Shown piece by piece: positions 9,501 to 23,900 of a DNA stretch of 64,000 nt. Both the position numbers and the translations under genes were made by a program. Location of the stretch: the NCBI GenBank assembly GCA_951406725.2, contig OX597834.1, forward strand, positions 31,868,001 to 31,932,000, given 5' to 3'. The notes below the pieces were generated by a model. It was not told the origin of the DNA. It made no database searches and was given only the letters and a program-made list of their open reading frames with translations. The DNA is from Octopus vulgaris. Its lineage: Eukaryota. Each line of letters opens with the position of its first letter. Positions within the stretch are counted from its first letter, which is position 1.

Positions 9501-12500
9501 AATTCTACACACAACATATATATAGGTGCGTGCATGTGTGTCATTATTGTTGTCCCTTTTTCCATGCTGACAAGCCAGAAGGATACACCAAGATCCAGTG
9601 TGTGTGTGTAACTTTTCTGCAAATGTCCCTCAACCATTTGTTATATAACAATCCTTTTAAGATTTTTAAACCATAACACAAGGAAACATGTACTTACCCC
9701 ACCACGGTGCCAAGGATCCAGATCACCATTTGAGAAAACGATATTACTGGTTGTTTTCAAGTCTGAAATAATATAGTGATAATGCTTATCATAAAATAAT
9801 ACTTGTCATAAAATAAACATTTTTACATTCTAATGGGATTTCTTTTTCTTCATTAGCCATATTGATTAAATTCGTATCAATTTTATCCTATAAAAATGAG
9901 TTTGGATCAGACAATGCCAGCTGTATGAATGAATTCTGAAGGGGTTTCTTCAGCAACAGAAACAAGAAATATTGATTCTGTCAATGAAAGCAAAGCTTTA
10001 TATTGCTTCAAAACTTGAAGAATCTTATACCTGAGGGATCAACAATTTGCCAAGAAGGTTGGATTATGTTTTCAATAACAAAGATTTATTATCTTGATTA
10101 AAATATCTGTTAAAACCAAAGCAGCATTTGCTTTTTCCTCATCTTGAAATACAACAAATGTTTCTTTTCAATCTAATGATGTTAATAATGAAATTATTGT
10201 ATACAGTGCTCAGGTGCACCACATACTAGTTTCAACCAAAGGCCTACCCACACACATTATGTTTTAATTATTGTTTTGTTGTTCAATCAATATGATGACA
10301 GAATTGGTAGAGCATTGGAAGAAAATGCTTCGTGGTATTTCTTCAGGCGGCGAGCTGGCAGAAGCTTTAGCACGTCGGGCGAAATGCGTAGCCGTATTTC
10401 GTCTGCCGCTACGTTGTGAGTTCAAATTCCGCCGAGGTCAGCTTTGCCTTTCATCCTTTCAGGGTCGATAAATTAAGTACCAGTTACTCACTGGGGTAGA
10501 TGTAATCGACTTTATCCCTTTGTCTGTCCTTGTTTGTCCCCTCTATGTTTAGCCCCTTGTGGGCAATAAAGAAATATCTTTATATTCTAGGTTCAAATCC
10601 CACTAAAATGAACTTTGTTTTGCACCTCTCAAGGGTTGATGAAATAAAGTACCAGTCAAGTACTGGGGTCAATAGTATAGACTTAGCTCCTGCTTTCAAA
10701 ACTGCTGGTTTTGTTCTTGTATTTGAAACCATTATTGGAAAATGCTTGGCACCATTTCTTCCAGCTTTGAGATCAACTTTGCTTTCCATCCTTTTAGGGA
10801 TGAGAAAATAAATACCAGCTGAGAACTGGGGTTGACATAATTGGCTTCCCCATGGAGCCCAAAATTTCAGGCCTTGTGCCCAAAGCAGAAAAGACTATCA
10901 TTATTTTGTTTTAGAGATTAATCATCATCATCATGATGCTATGAATGTAAAACTGGGGTGTTTCTATTTTCTGGAGGAATTAACAGTGAAATACACTAAC
11001 GAGCCACTGGTCAGTGTGAAGCTATTTGCCTAAAATGCCACACAGTGAGACTGAACCCAAAACCTCAAGGTTGCTAAAGTAAGCTTCTTAACCACACGAC
11101 CAAACCATACACAAAACCCCCACAAAAAAAGGAATCTGCTACTCACCTTGACCCCAGTATTCCCAGTCGTATGTGGGGACAGTGTTCCAGACCTTTTGGC
11201 AATAGTAGTCCCTGATTTTATCATTGAAGGGCAGAACAGGAAACATATCAGTGACGTTGTTTGTACCTGTTGGTGGTGCCAGATCCCCACAGAGCTGTTA
11301 AGAAAAGTAGAAGAAAAAAGAGAAATAAAAAATTTTAAACAAATAGTGATGAGGGTGGGGGTAGTAAGTTTAGCCTCAGGCTCCACCTTGCTGAAGAGGA
11401 ACTCTAATCGGTGTTGGTGTGTTTATGTCCCTGTAACTTAGCAGTTTGGCAAAAGAGACTGATAAAATAAGTAGCTGGTTTAGATAAGAAAATAAGTCCT
11501 GGGGGTCAATTCATTCAGCTAAAATTTCTTCAAGGTAATGCTCCAGCATGGGCACAGTCTAATGGCTGAAACAAGTAAAAAAAAAAAAACAATCAAAATG
11601 AAGGAGTAGACACTCACCTGAAAATCCCAGGCAACGGACGCAGGGCCAACCCCACACCCAGTCGGATCTGCACAAGGAATAAATGCTTTCTCAACATCAA
11701 AGCATTGGAATGGTTTCGAGGAAGCGTTGTAAAACATCACTGAAATGAAAGACAAGAGAAGGGTAAAAAGGCCATCAGTTTTGAGGGGAGGGGCTGTAGT
11801 TGATGCAATCAATTCCAAGTACATTTCTAGTACTTAATTCTGACCTCTAAAAGGATGGAAAGTAAAGCTGACTTCAGCAGGATTTGAACCCAGAACATAA
11901 AAAGCCGGAAATGATAACTCTTCCGAGAGGAAATGGTTTAGTCTAGTCAATACCGTTGATCCCCAGTACATGACTGGTATTGGGTTGGTGCATAATTATT
12001 GCAGCTTTTTCTCAACAAAAGCAATAACAATATTTAACAGAAACATCTTTAAATTATTATTCTGGAGCATATTCACCATCAACCTCAATTACTGCTTGGC
12101 AGATGGTCAGAACAATCATTTAAAGAGGTTTTTGTTAAATATCGTTATTGTTTTTTGTTGAATAAAATTTGTTGAAAAGAAGCCACAATAATTATGCACC
12201 ACCCCTGGAGGGGTGAAGAGCAAAGCCAACCTCCCTGGGATTAGAACACAGAAGATAAAGAGTCAGAAATGCTGTAATGCATTTCTTCTGATGCTCCAAC
12301 AATTCTACCAGCTTACCATCTTTGAGACATGGAAAAATGATAAAATTAAAATAACTAAATAGAAAAAATATGAGGAATTCTGTATATTTGTGTTGTTGGT
12401 TGGCTGGAAAGCTTCTCTTATTATTATTATTATTATGGTATTGTCTTTTCTCAAAGAGAAATTTGATCGGATTCGACACAATATTGTCACAGGGTTAGGA

Positions 12501-14456
12501 TTGTCTTGGAGGAATGGTAAAAAACAAAGAAAAAAACCCCAGTGTGAATACATAGATTTAATATGCTTTTATGCAGAAATATATTCAGCTCTTAGAATTA
12601 AGATATAATTCCAAGTCTTTCACTCTTCACACCTTCTCAATAAAATCTTTCACCTTTTATCATAAACTTTTTAACTCCTTGTCATAAATTCTTTTTCTTC
12701 TTGCCATTACTCTTTCACCCTTTGTCATAAACTCGTTCAACTCTCACCGTATTTCTTTTACCTATGTCATAAATTCTTTCTTCCTTTACCCCTTCTCAAT
12801 AAAATCTTTCACCCCTTCTCTTTAACTTTTTGTCAGAATCTCTTTCACCCCTAGTCATATCTTTTTCAAAAACTTCTGCACCTCTTCTCATAAACTCCTT
12901 CACTCAATGTCACGAAATTCTTTCACTCCTTGTCAGCAAACTCTTTCGCAATTTCTTACAATTCCTTGATAATAAATCCTTTACCAATTTTCCTAATAAA
13001 ACTCAAAACCAAACTTACTTGTGACATCAACCAATCCTTTCAAGACATCACTGGCTTCTTGCATCATTTGGCAAGATTTCTGAAAAGCAAAAAGCGTGAG
13101 AATGAAGACTTGAAGAAAATCAGCAATGTCAGATTTATTTGTCCACTGAAGATACATCAGAGAATGAATATATCAGGGAACTTCTATTTTGGTTTAAATA
13201 CAAACAATAATACTGGGAAAAAAATGGATAGTGTGTTTAAAAAAAACTCAAAATAATAGGGAAAAAGTTACATACAAATAGTATCCTTATTGCTTTAACA
13301 TTCACTTTTTCCTCTGCTTGCATGGAAAAGGTGGAATTTGTTGAGATAGATTCTCTATGGCCAGATGACCTTCCTGTCACCAACCTTCACCTGTTTCTTA
13401 GCAAAGTAATATTTCCTCCATGGCCAGACATGTTTTTATGGAAGACTGGGAATGAATGACCCTGCTTTTATGCTAGTAATGATCACTTGCAATCATCACA
13501 TGATGTCAAGACAAACACATACAACAGACTTCTTTCAGTTTTCACCTACCAAATCCACACACACGATATTAGTTGACCCAGGGCTATAGTAGAAGATACT
13601 CACTCAAGGTGCTGTGCAGTGGGACTGAACCTGAGATTACAGAGTTGGGAAGTAAGCAGACCAACCACAACCCAACTTGCACACACACACACATACATAC
13701 ATACAAGCACGCATATGGCAGGGTTCTTTCAGTTTTCAAATCCACTCTGAAAGCTTCAGTTGATCCATGGCTCCAGTAGAGTTCACCTACCCAAGGTGCC
13801 ATGCAAAAGGACTGAACCTAAGACCATATAATTAGGACACAAACTTCTTGCCCACACAACCACGCCTCTGTCTATATATTAATAAAAAAAATAAAATAAA
13901 ACAAAATATTGCATAAAATCACAAAAGATGGAGAACCGACAGAAAGGAGAGAAACTCACATTGACTGGGTTTCCGATCGGAAGCATGGGTGTTGCATAGG
14001 GATAATCGAACATTGCCATATTGGTGAAGGCATTTCTTATTGCCCCCAGGAGACGTGTATATGTTTCTGGACCAGATATGGGCTTGCACAATTTAAAATA
14101 TTCTTCCAGAGTTTTCTTTCCTGAAACATTGAGAAATAAAAGAGACATTTCAAGATGAGGGGATTTGGGCCTTTTTTTTCTTTTGAAGAGAGTGTAATTC
14201 TTTACAATTGATCCTTTTGAAATCTATCATATGAGTGATTTATGTTGTTAAGGGCACCGTTAGGTGATAGGTTTCTTTCTTTTTTTTTCTAATTTCATGT
14301 ATGTGTATATAGATATATACGCTGGTTGGCGTTAGGAAGGGCATCCAGCTGTAGAAACACTGCCAGATCTGACTGGGCCTGATGAAGCCTTCCAGCTTCA
14401 CAGACCCCGGTTGAACCGTCCAACCCATGCTAGCATGGAAAACGGACGCTAAATGA

Positions 14457-14509
<53 letters not shown>

Positions 14510-16598
14510 ATGGGCTTCTTTCAGTTTCCGTCTACCAAATCCACTCACAAGGCTTTGGTCGGCCCGAGACTAGAGCAGAAGACACTTGTACAAGGTGCCA
14601 CGCAGTGGAACTGAACACGAAACCATGTGGTTAGGAAGCAAGCTTCTTACCACACACCCATCCCTGACCCTATATTATATATGTGTGTGTATGTATGTAT
14701 GTATATATATGTGTGTGTGAGTCTATATATGTATGTGTGAGTGAGTGCATATATATACACACAAACTCAGGATCTTCACCACATTGTTACTTCACAATTT
14801 AACAAGCTGGAGCAATGGCAATGTTGGTGGGGAGGGAGGGTGTTATTTAGATAATCATATGAGAAACTGATAACTTGTACTTCTTCATTTCCTTTATTCC
14901 ATTTCTCTCTTACCTGTCTCTCCTTGAGCCATCAACTGATTCATCTTGATGAATGCTTGTCTCACTTGAGGTTCACAGCTGGAAAAATCCTGGAGGAAAC
15001 AAACAACAAAAGAAGAAACATCAAAGGAAAATGAAAATATTTTAGTTGATTAATAGTTTATTTCCAATAAAATACACATGTACTTATGCACACACAGCAT
15101 CATCATCAACATTCACCATCGTTTAACATCCGTTTTCCATGCTGGCATGGGTTGGACAGTTTGACGTCTGGAGAGCCAGCAGCTGCACCAAGTTCCAGTT
15201 TGATCTGGCAATGTTTCTACAGCTGGATGCCCTTCCTAACGACAACCACTCAAAGAGTGTAGTGGGAGCTTTTTACGTGCCACTGGCACAGGAGTCATTC
15301 AGGTGGGCCTGGCATCAATCACGTTCGGATAGTGCTTTTTACATGCCACCAGCACAGGTGCCAGTCAGGGGCTACTGGCATTGGCCACATTCAGATGGTG
15401 CTTTTTACGTGCCACCAGCATGGAGGCCAGTCAAGGAGTAATGCATACATACATATCATCATCATCATCATCGTTTAGCGTCCGTTTTCCATGCTAGCAT
15501 GGGTTGGACGGTTCTACTGGGGTCTGTGAAGTCAGAAGGCTTCATCAGGCCCAGTCAAATCTGGCAGTGTTTCTACGGCTGGATGCCCTTCCTAACGCCA
15601 ACCACTCCGTGAGTGTAGTGGGTGCTTTTTACGTGCCACCTGCACTGGTGCCAGACAGAGCTGGCAAACGGCCACGAACGGATGGTGCTTTTTATGTGCC
15701 ACCGGCACGAGGGCCAGGCGAGGCTGGCAACGGACACGAAACGGGGCGGTGCTGGCAACGGTCGCGAAACGGAAAGTTCTCTTACATGCCACCGGCACTG
15801 GTAGCACATCCGCAATTTCCATTGATCGATTTCGATTCTGATCCTCACTTGCCTCAACACGTCTTCACAAGTAGAGTTTTGTGTCCCAAGAAGGGAAGGT
15901 ATGCATACGTAGGCCGGCTCCAATATATATATAGATACATACAGAAATACACACAGACATACATATATATATATATACATACACACACACACACATTATA
16001 TATACATATATACATAAATAGATATGACAACAAATAATTTTTGCCTCTTTTTATGGACAGAAAAGGGTTTACAGGGCTGCGAAAAAGAAGTGCTCAATGA
16101 AATCAAGACAAAAAAACATTGATTAGAGGACAAACATCAAATTTGAGGCAATGACTTTATATAACACCATGCTTATATATACATACATATATATGTATAT
16201 ATATATACTCTTTTACTTGTTTCAGTCATTTGACTGCGGCCATGCTGGAGCACCACCTTTAGTCTAGCAACTTGACCCCGGAACTTATTCTTTTTGTAAT
16301 CCCAGTACTTATTCTATCGGTCTCTTTTGCCGAACCGCTAAGTGACAGGGGCACAAACACACCAACATCGGTTGTCAAGCAATGCTAGGGGGACAAACAG
16401 ACACACAAACATATACACACACATACATACATATATACGACAGGCTTCTTTCAGTTTCCGTCTACCAAATCCACTCACAAGGTATTGGTCGGCCCGGGGC
16501 TATAGCAGAAGACACTTGCCCAAGGTGCCACGCAGTGGGATTGAACCCGAAACCATGTGGTTGGTAAGCAAGTTACTTACCACACAGCCACTCCTATG

Positions 16599-16656
<58 letters not shown>

Positions 16657-17897
16657 CATATATACATACGTATATATATATACATATATATACATATATA
16701 CATACATATATATATATACATATATACATATATATATACATACATACATACATATATATACATGCACATATATAATACATACATATATATACGCACATAT
16801 ATGCATACATATATATATGTATACATAAATGGATGTATTTTTCCCTTGCTTACAATTAACATGGAAAAAATAGATAAACTGTTATCAGGGCAGCCTCAAA
16901 TTTGGGGGAAGGGATTAAGTCGATTACATCGACCCTAGTGTGTAACTGGTACTTAATTTATCGACCCTGAAAGGCAAAGTTGATCTCGGCAGAATTTGAA
17001 CCCAGAACATGAAGACAGACGAAATACCACTAAGCATTTCATCCAGCGTGCTAACGTTTCAGCCAGTTCGCTGCCTTATTTAATAATATAAATAATAATA
17101 GTAATTGTATCAAATTTTAGCAGAAAGCCAGCAATTTTAATGGGGAAGGTTTAGTTAATTACACCAGCCCCTGTACTTGACTGGTACTTTATTTTACTAA
17201 CCTAGAAAGGATGAAAGGCAAAGAAGTTGACGCCTGGTAGAAGTGGAACTCAGAAATAGGCGCAGGAGTGGCTGTGTGGTAAGTAGCTTGCTAACCAACC
17301 ACATGGTTCTGGGTTCAGTCCCACTGCGTGGCATCTTGGGCAAGTGTCTTCTGCTATAGCCCCGGGCCGACCAATGTCTTGTGAGTGGATTTGGTAGATG
17401 GAAACTGAAAGAAGCCTGTCGTATATATGTATGTGTGTGTGTTTGTGTCTGTGTTTGTTCCCCTAGCATTGCTTGACAACCGATGCTGGTGTGTTTACAT
17501 CCCCGTCAGTTAGCGGTTTGGCAAAAAGAGACCGATAGAATAAGTAATGAGATTACAAAAAGAATAAGTCCCGGGGTCGAGTTGCTCGACTAAAGACAGT
17601 GCTCCAGCATGGCCACAGTCAAATGACTGAAACAAGTAAAAAAGTAAAGAGTAGAGTAAATAACAATAGAAGCAATTACCTTGGAAACATCGGTAAAAAA
17701 GAAGCTGTGGTCGAATTTTGGATCAAAAAGATAAATCGGTGCACTGGCAGCAATACCACCATCACAGACACCTGGATATTTCATTCGGAGATATGCAGTT
17801 AGCATTCCTCCATAACTGCAACAGAATGGAAACAGATTATATCGTGTGGATAGGTGTGTGTGTGCAAGTGATTTTGTTTGTGTGTCTGTGTGTGCAC

Positions 17898-17938
<41 letters not shown>

Positions 17939-20900
17939 TCTTGTAGGTTTTTAACTTATGCTGAATTTATAGATTGCAAATATAAGTCTACAACAAAAAC
18001 AACGATAATAATCATCATCATCATCGTTTAACGTCCGTTTTCCGCGCTAGCACGGGTTGGACGGTTCGACTGGGGATCTGGGAAGCCAGAAGGCTGCACC
18101 AGGCTCCGGTCTTATCTGGCAATGTTTCTACAGCTGGATGCCCTTCCTAACGCCAACCACTCCGTGAGTGTAGTCGGTGCTTTTTACGTGCCACCTGCAC
18201 TGGTGCCAGGCGAGGCTGGCATCGGCCACGGTCGGATTGGTGCTTTTTACGTGCCACCGACACGGAAGCCAGTCGAGGCGGCGCTGGCATCGGCCACGAT
18301 TCGGATATGGTTTTAAATTTTGGTACAGGGTCAGTAATTTCGGGATGAGCAGGATAAGTTGACCCCTAGTGTTCAACTGGTCCTTATTTTACCAACCCTG
18401 TCTGACTGGCTCCTGTACAAGTGGCACGTAAAAAGCACCCACTACACTTACGGAGTGGTTGTCGTTAGGAAGGGCATCCAGCTGTAGAAACATTGCCAGA
18501 TCAAACTGGAGCTTGGTGCAGCCGCTGGCTCTCCAGACCTCAGTCGAACCATCCAACCCATGCCAGCATGGAAAACAGATGTTAACTGACAATGAATGAT
18601 GATGATGATGATGCTGTGTGTATATGTACCTGTGTATTTTATCGGAAATAAGCTATTAATCAACTAAAATATTTTCATTTTCCATTGATGACTTTTTTTG
18701 GTTGTTTGTTTCTTCCAGGATTTTTCCAGCTGTGAACCTCAAAGAAGGTAAAGCTGACTCAGGTGGAATTTGAACTCAGGAAGTACAGACAGATGAAATT
18801 CCACTCAGCATTTTGTTCAGTGCAGTAAATACTCTACCAGCTTACTGCCTTAATAATAATAATAATAATAATAATCTTTTCTACTTTAGGCACAAGGCCT
18901 GAAATTTTGGGGGAGAGGAAGCCAGTCGATTAGATCAACCCCAGTACGCAACTGGTACTTAATTTATCGACCCCGAAAGGACGAAAGGCAAAGTCAACAT
19001 TGGCGGAATTTGAACTCAGAACATAAATATAATAATAATCCTTTCTAATGGAGGCACAAAGCCTGAAATTTGTGGAGAGGGGATTAGTTGATTACGTCGA
19101 CCCCCAGTGTTTCACTGGTACTTAATTTATTGACCCCAAAAGGATGAAGGGCAAAGTCGACCATGGTGGAATTTAAACTCAGAACATAGCGACAGGCGAA
19201 ATACTGCTAAGCATTTCATCCAGTGCGCTAACAAGGCTTATTTCTTTACTATCCACAAGGGGCTAAACACAGAGAGGACAAACAAAGACAGACAAACGGA
19301 TTAAGTCGATTACATCGACCCCAGTGCGTAACTGGTACTTAATTTATCGACCCCGAAAGGATGAAAGGCAAAGTCGACCTCGGCGGAATTTGAACTCAGA
19401 ACGTAGCGGCAGACGAAATACGGCTACACATTTCACCTGGCGTGCTAACGGTTTCTGCCAGCTCGCCGCCTTAATAATAATAATTTTTTTTTTTTTTTTT
19501 GTAGGTGCAAGGCCTGAAATTTGGGGGAAGAGGATAGTTGATTACACTGACCCCAGTGCTCAACCGGTACTTATTTTATCAACCCCAAAATGATGAAAGG
19601 AATTTGAACTCAGAAGATGAAGTGAACGAAATGCCAGTAAGCATTCAGCTCAGTAAAAGTAGATCTTTGTTGACCTTTGTTTGCACAGAACCGACAGGCT
19701 GCCTGCCTGCCAAACAGTTGTTGCATTACAATTGGCAGATTGCATTGGCTGGCTGTGAACTGGATGAGAGGAAGGTGATGGTGGTGGTGGTGGTGGTGAT
19801 GTGGGGGGAGTTGTGTGTATGGCGAAGGAATCTGGTGTAAAAGAATAGACATAAAAGGGGAATGGAAGGGTTTTTTTCTTCTTTTTTTTTTTATCTGTGA
19901 GAGATGTGTGTCTGACATATTAATTGTATCAATGTTGAAAGTGGGACCTTTATTGTTGTTGAGGTTGCTAGACAGTGGTTGAGGTAGTGGAGAAGGAGGA
20001 GGGGAGGGAAAGGGGAGGAAGAGGAGAAGAAGAAGAAGAAAGGAAAAGGAGAAGAATGAAAGAGAAGATACAGAAGCAGGAAGAAGAAATGAGACAAAAG
20101 AATGAGAAAGAAAAGGGTTTCTATACAATCTCCTTCTTCTGTATCCACTGACAAGGCTTTTGTCAGCCCAGGGCTATAATAAAAGACTCTTACCCCATGT
20201 GCCACACAGTGAGGTTGAACCTGACACCACTGGTTGTAAAGCAAGCTTCTTAACCACTTGGCTATGGTGTCACCTATGTTGAAAAAAAAACTGTTTAAAA
20301 TACGAAACAAGAAGGATATCAGGGTGGATTATATCCTCACCTGCCACCAAATGATATAACAGGAGACTTCTGGGCACTCAACATGATCTTCAGGGTGTTT
20401 ATCAGATGTGCAAAGTCTGCAAGGGCTTGTCGAACGGTTAGAAAACTGATATAGGGCTGCTTGAAGCTTTGGTCAGGACCGAATGGAAGCGATTTACCAT
20501 AATATCTCTGAAAGATTTTTGGAAGGAAAAGGAAAATGAAAAGATATTCTTAGTTAATTGGCAAAATTAATTAAGGTATCAACAATAAATATGTTTCTTC
20601 TTGGACAACAGAAAAAGGTACAAAGCATAAATTTTCTTGTGAATGTGTTTGCAAAACCATTGTCCAATACTTTGACAATTTTTGATATATTGGCATCTGA
20701 AGCAGCTGGAGATGACCAAAAAGAACCAGCTATTCCAAGCAAAAATAAATATTGAAAAAACAAAAAAAAACGCATTTGGCCAAATTTGGACATATGACAT
20801 ATAACATAATAGCAACAAGAGATTATATATGTGTGTATGTATATATATATATACTTATCATCATCATCATCGTTGTTCAATGTCCATTTTCCTTGCTGGT

Positions 20901-23900
20901 ATGTGTTGGATGGTTTGACTGATCTGACAACGTTTCTACAGCTGGATGCCCGTCCTAACACCAACCACTCCGAGAGTGTAGTGGGTGCTTTTTACTTGCC
21001 GAAAACCCTGTTTACTATGAGCTGGTAGAATCATTAGCACACCGGATGAAATGCTTAGCAGTATTAAATCTGCCTTCAGCACTTGACTGGCTCCTGTGCT
21101 GGTGGAAAGTAAAAAGCACCCACTATACTCTTGGAGTGGTTGGTTTTAGGAAGGGCATCCAGGTGTAGAAACATTTTATCCTTAGCTGCAATATTTTAAG
21201 CAAAAACTTTCTTGTTCTGTACTTTACCAGATGCCCTGAACTTTTCCAAGTGTAATAACTTGTCCTGTAATTTTCCAGGTTTATAATGTTCAGAATATTA
21301 CTTCTCTTGCTCACATTTTTCCATGTAATCCCTGTTTTTTCCAGGTTATGCAATTATGCTAATTAATAATGTGTCAATTAGCAGTGTCATTGATAGTTTT
21401 TTTCCTTACTTCAATGATTCCTGTGACATATATTAAAAGTCCCATTATAGAGCTATATTCATAAAAAAGTATAAAACTTATTATCACCCTCAAATTTGAG
21501 ATACAAACACTCATAACACTTTGTCTTTTAAAACTTCATTGCTTGAGATTGATACCATGAAATCCCTCAAATTGAGCTCTGTCATTTAAGCTTAATTAAA
21601 ATATAGTTTGTTTTTAAAATAAAAAAGTTAATTATACTTAAATCCAATATTTTGCCTCGTATTTATTTTCATGATATTTTACCTCAAATCTTTTTTGATC
21701 AAATTTTTGTTGCATGGGACGAAAACTATAAAATTTTTCATGCTTTCTTCTATCATTGAAGCTAAGATAAATATATTTTGCATTTAAAATAAAAAAGTTA
21801 TTTAGATCTAAACTTGATTGGTGGTGTTACTTACTCTCCTATAATGTTGCTACAAATTTTGACATAAACATTTTTCTACTGGATCTAACCCTTTAGTGTT
21901 CAGATTATTCTATCAAACATAATGCTTATTGATTCCCATTGATTTGAATTAATTATGCATTATCCCATATCTTCAAGATCTTGATGGCGTAATTACTTAA
22001 TGTAGAATAACATTGTAGGGTAGGTGTGAGAGCCTGGATCTGGTCAGTTTGAACATAAAACAGATTAACTATTTTGGCCGGATATACTCTCTTTTTCTCT
22101 TTTACTTGTTTCAGTCATTTTGACTGCGGCCATGCTGGAGCACCGCCTTTAATCGAGCAAATCGACCCCGGGACTTATACTTTGTAAGCCCAGTACTTAT
22201 TCTATCGGTCTCTTTTGCCGAACCGCTAAGTGACGGGGACGTAAACACACACCAGCATCGGTTGTCAAGCAATGCTAGGGGGACAAACACAGACACACAT
22301 ACATATATACATATATACGATGGGCTTCTTTCAGTTTCCGTCTACCAAATCCATTCACAGGGCATTGGTCGGCCCGGGACAATAGCAGAAGACACTTGCC
22401 CAAGGTGCCACGCAGTGGGATTGAACCCAGAACCATGTGGTTGGTTAGCAAGCTACTTACCACACAGCCACGGCTGGTTTAAATACTAAAGGGTTAAATC
22501 TCAATTTTTTTAATGTCAAAATGTAGCTAGGGATCAGTCCTCTTTAAGAACTGAATTGGCAACAAGCTCTAAAAGATGCTGCATGTGAGTAAACTGCGGC
22601 CTTAAGAATATTATTCAACTACTACCATAGTTGAATGATAGATGGGATGAAAGTGAAACAACAAAGTTACTTACATGTTCCCCAAAAACAACCAGAGCAC
22701 CGAATTTGGGGGCAAGGTTAAAGATGAGCCCTGTAATTTCCCAAAATTGATCAATGGGGCCTTCATTTCCAGTATAAAAAAATATGGGGCCATTGTTTTT
22801 ACGGTCCCACCATTTATCTGCAATTAAAAACAAATCCACTTAGAATACAATGAGACACAGGTCCAGACATGCACACACATGAAAATATATGTGTGTGTGT
22901 GTGTGTGTGTGTCTGTGTGGTGTGTGTATATATATATATATATATGTCTATATAATAGTAAAAACAAAAATTATAGGAGTGGTCATGGAGTAGCAGTAGT
23001 AGTAGGAAATGAATGAACTGGGGAAGGCAATGCCACAAACAATTACAGTAAATTGATCTTAGGAGGTCAAAGGTAATGAATTGATGGCAGTTAATTCCTC
23101 CCTTTGACCAGTAAGGTCATAAGGTTAGTTTGAGCTATTTTGAGAACAATATCACCATGGGAATGAATAAACAAGAGAAAAAGAAAAGAAATAAACATTT
23201 TTTCCAGGTGGAATTATTTACCATTTCAAAGAAATCAAAATAGAAGTCAAAATGCCATGATGAAACCCTTGATGGGTTGCAGCATCATGATGCACTTAAA
23301 TATACATCATGTGCACCTTGGAAGCAGTGAAAATGTTACATGGGAAGAACTTCAATGACTGCAGAATTGGATATTTAAGTTAAAAGTTATCTGTGTATCA
23401 TGCTAAATGTGTATACACCACTGAAAGACATGATGTAGTTTATGCCTGAGATAAAATTGCTTCATAGACATGTTGTATTAAAAAACAACATAAAACAGAT
23501 CAAGGTAAACATCATTGCAACAGTGACTCATGAGATTGGAGGCAAACACCAACACACACACACATGCACACACAGATACATGCATGTAAGCACAGAAATA
23601 TAGATAGAAAAACTGAGACAGAGGCAGAGAGAGAGAGAGATTGTGAGCAAGTGAGAGAGAGAGAATGACAGAAACATCAAATAAGTCACCATTGAGTGAG
23701 TGATGCCAAAATGTCTGTGAACTGTCCAAGATCTGTCAGCAGAACTCCCTGGTTTGGGTTGCATTTCAGCTTTGTAGAAGTACAGGGAGCTCAGCCAGTG
23801 TCAGGGCAAACTAGCAGAATCGTTAGCATGCTGGGTGAAATGCTTAGCGAAAATTTTGTCTGCCGTTACATTCTGAGTTCAAATTCCGCCGAGGTCAACT

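Noticed and set aside
11030-11441. ORF-track proteins overlapping DPP7 exon 9
   Set aside because: Wrong frame or antisense; the real exon is read in a different minus-strand frame.
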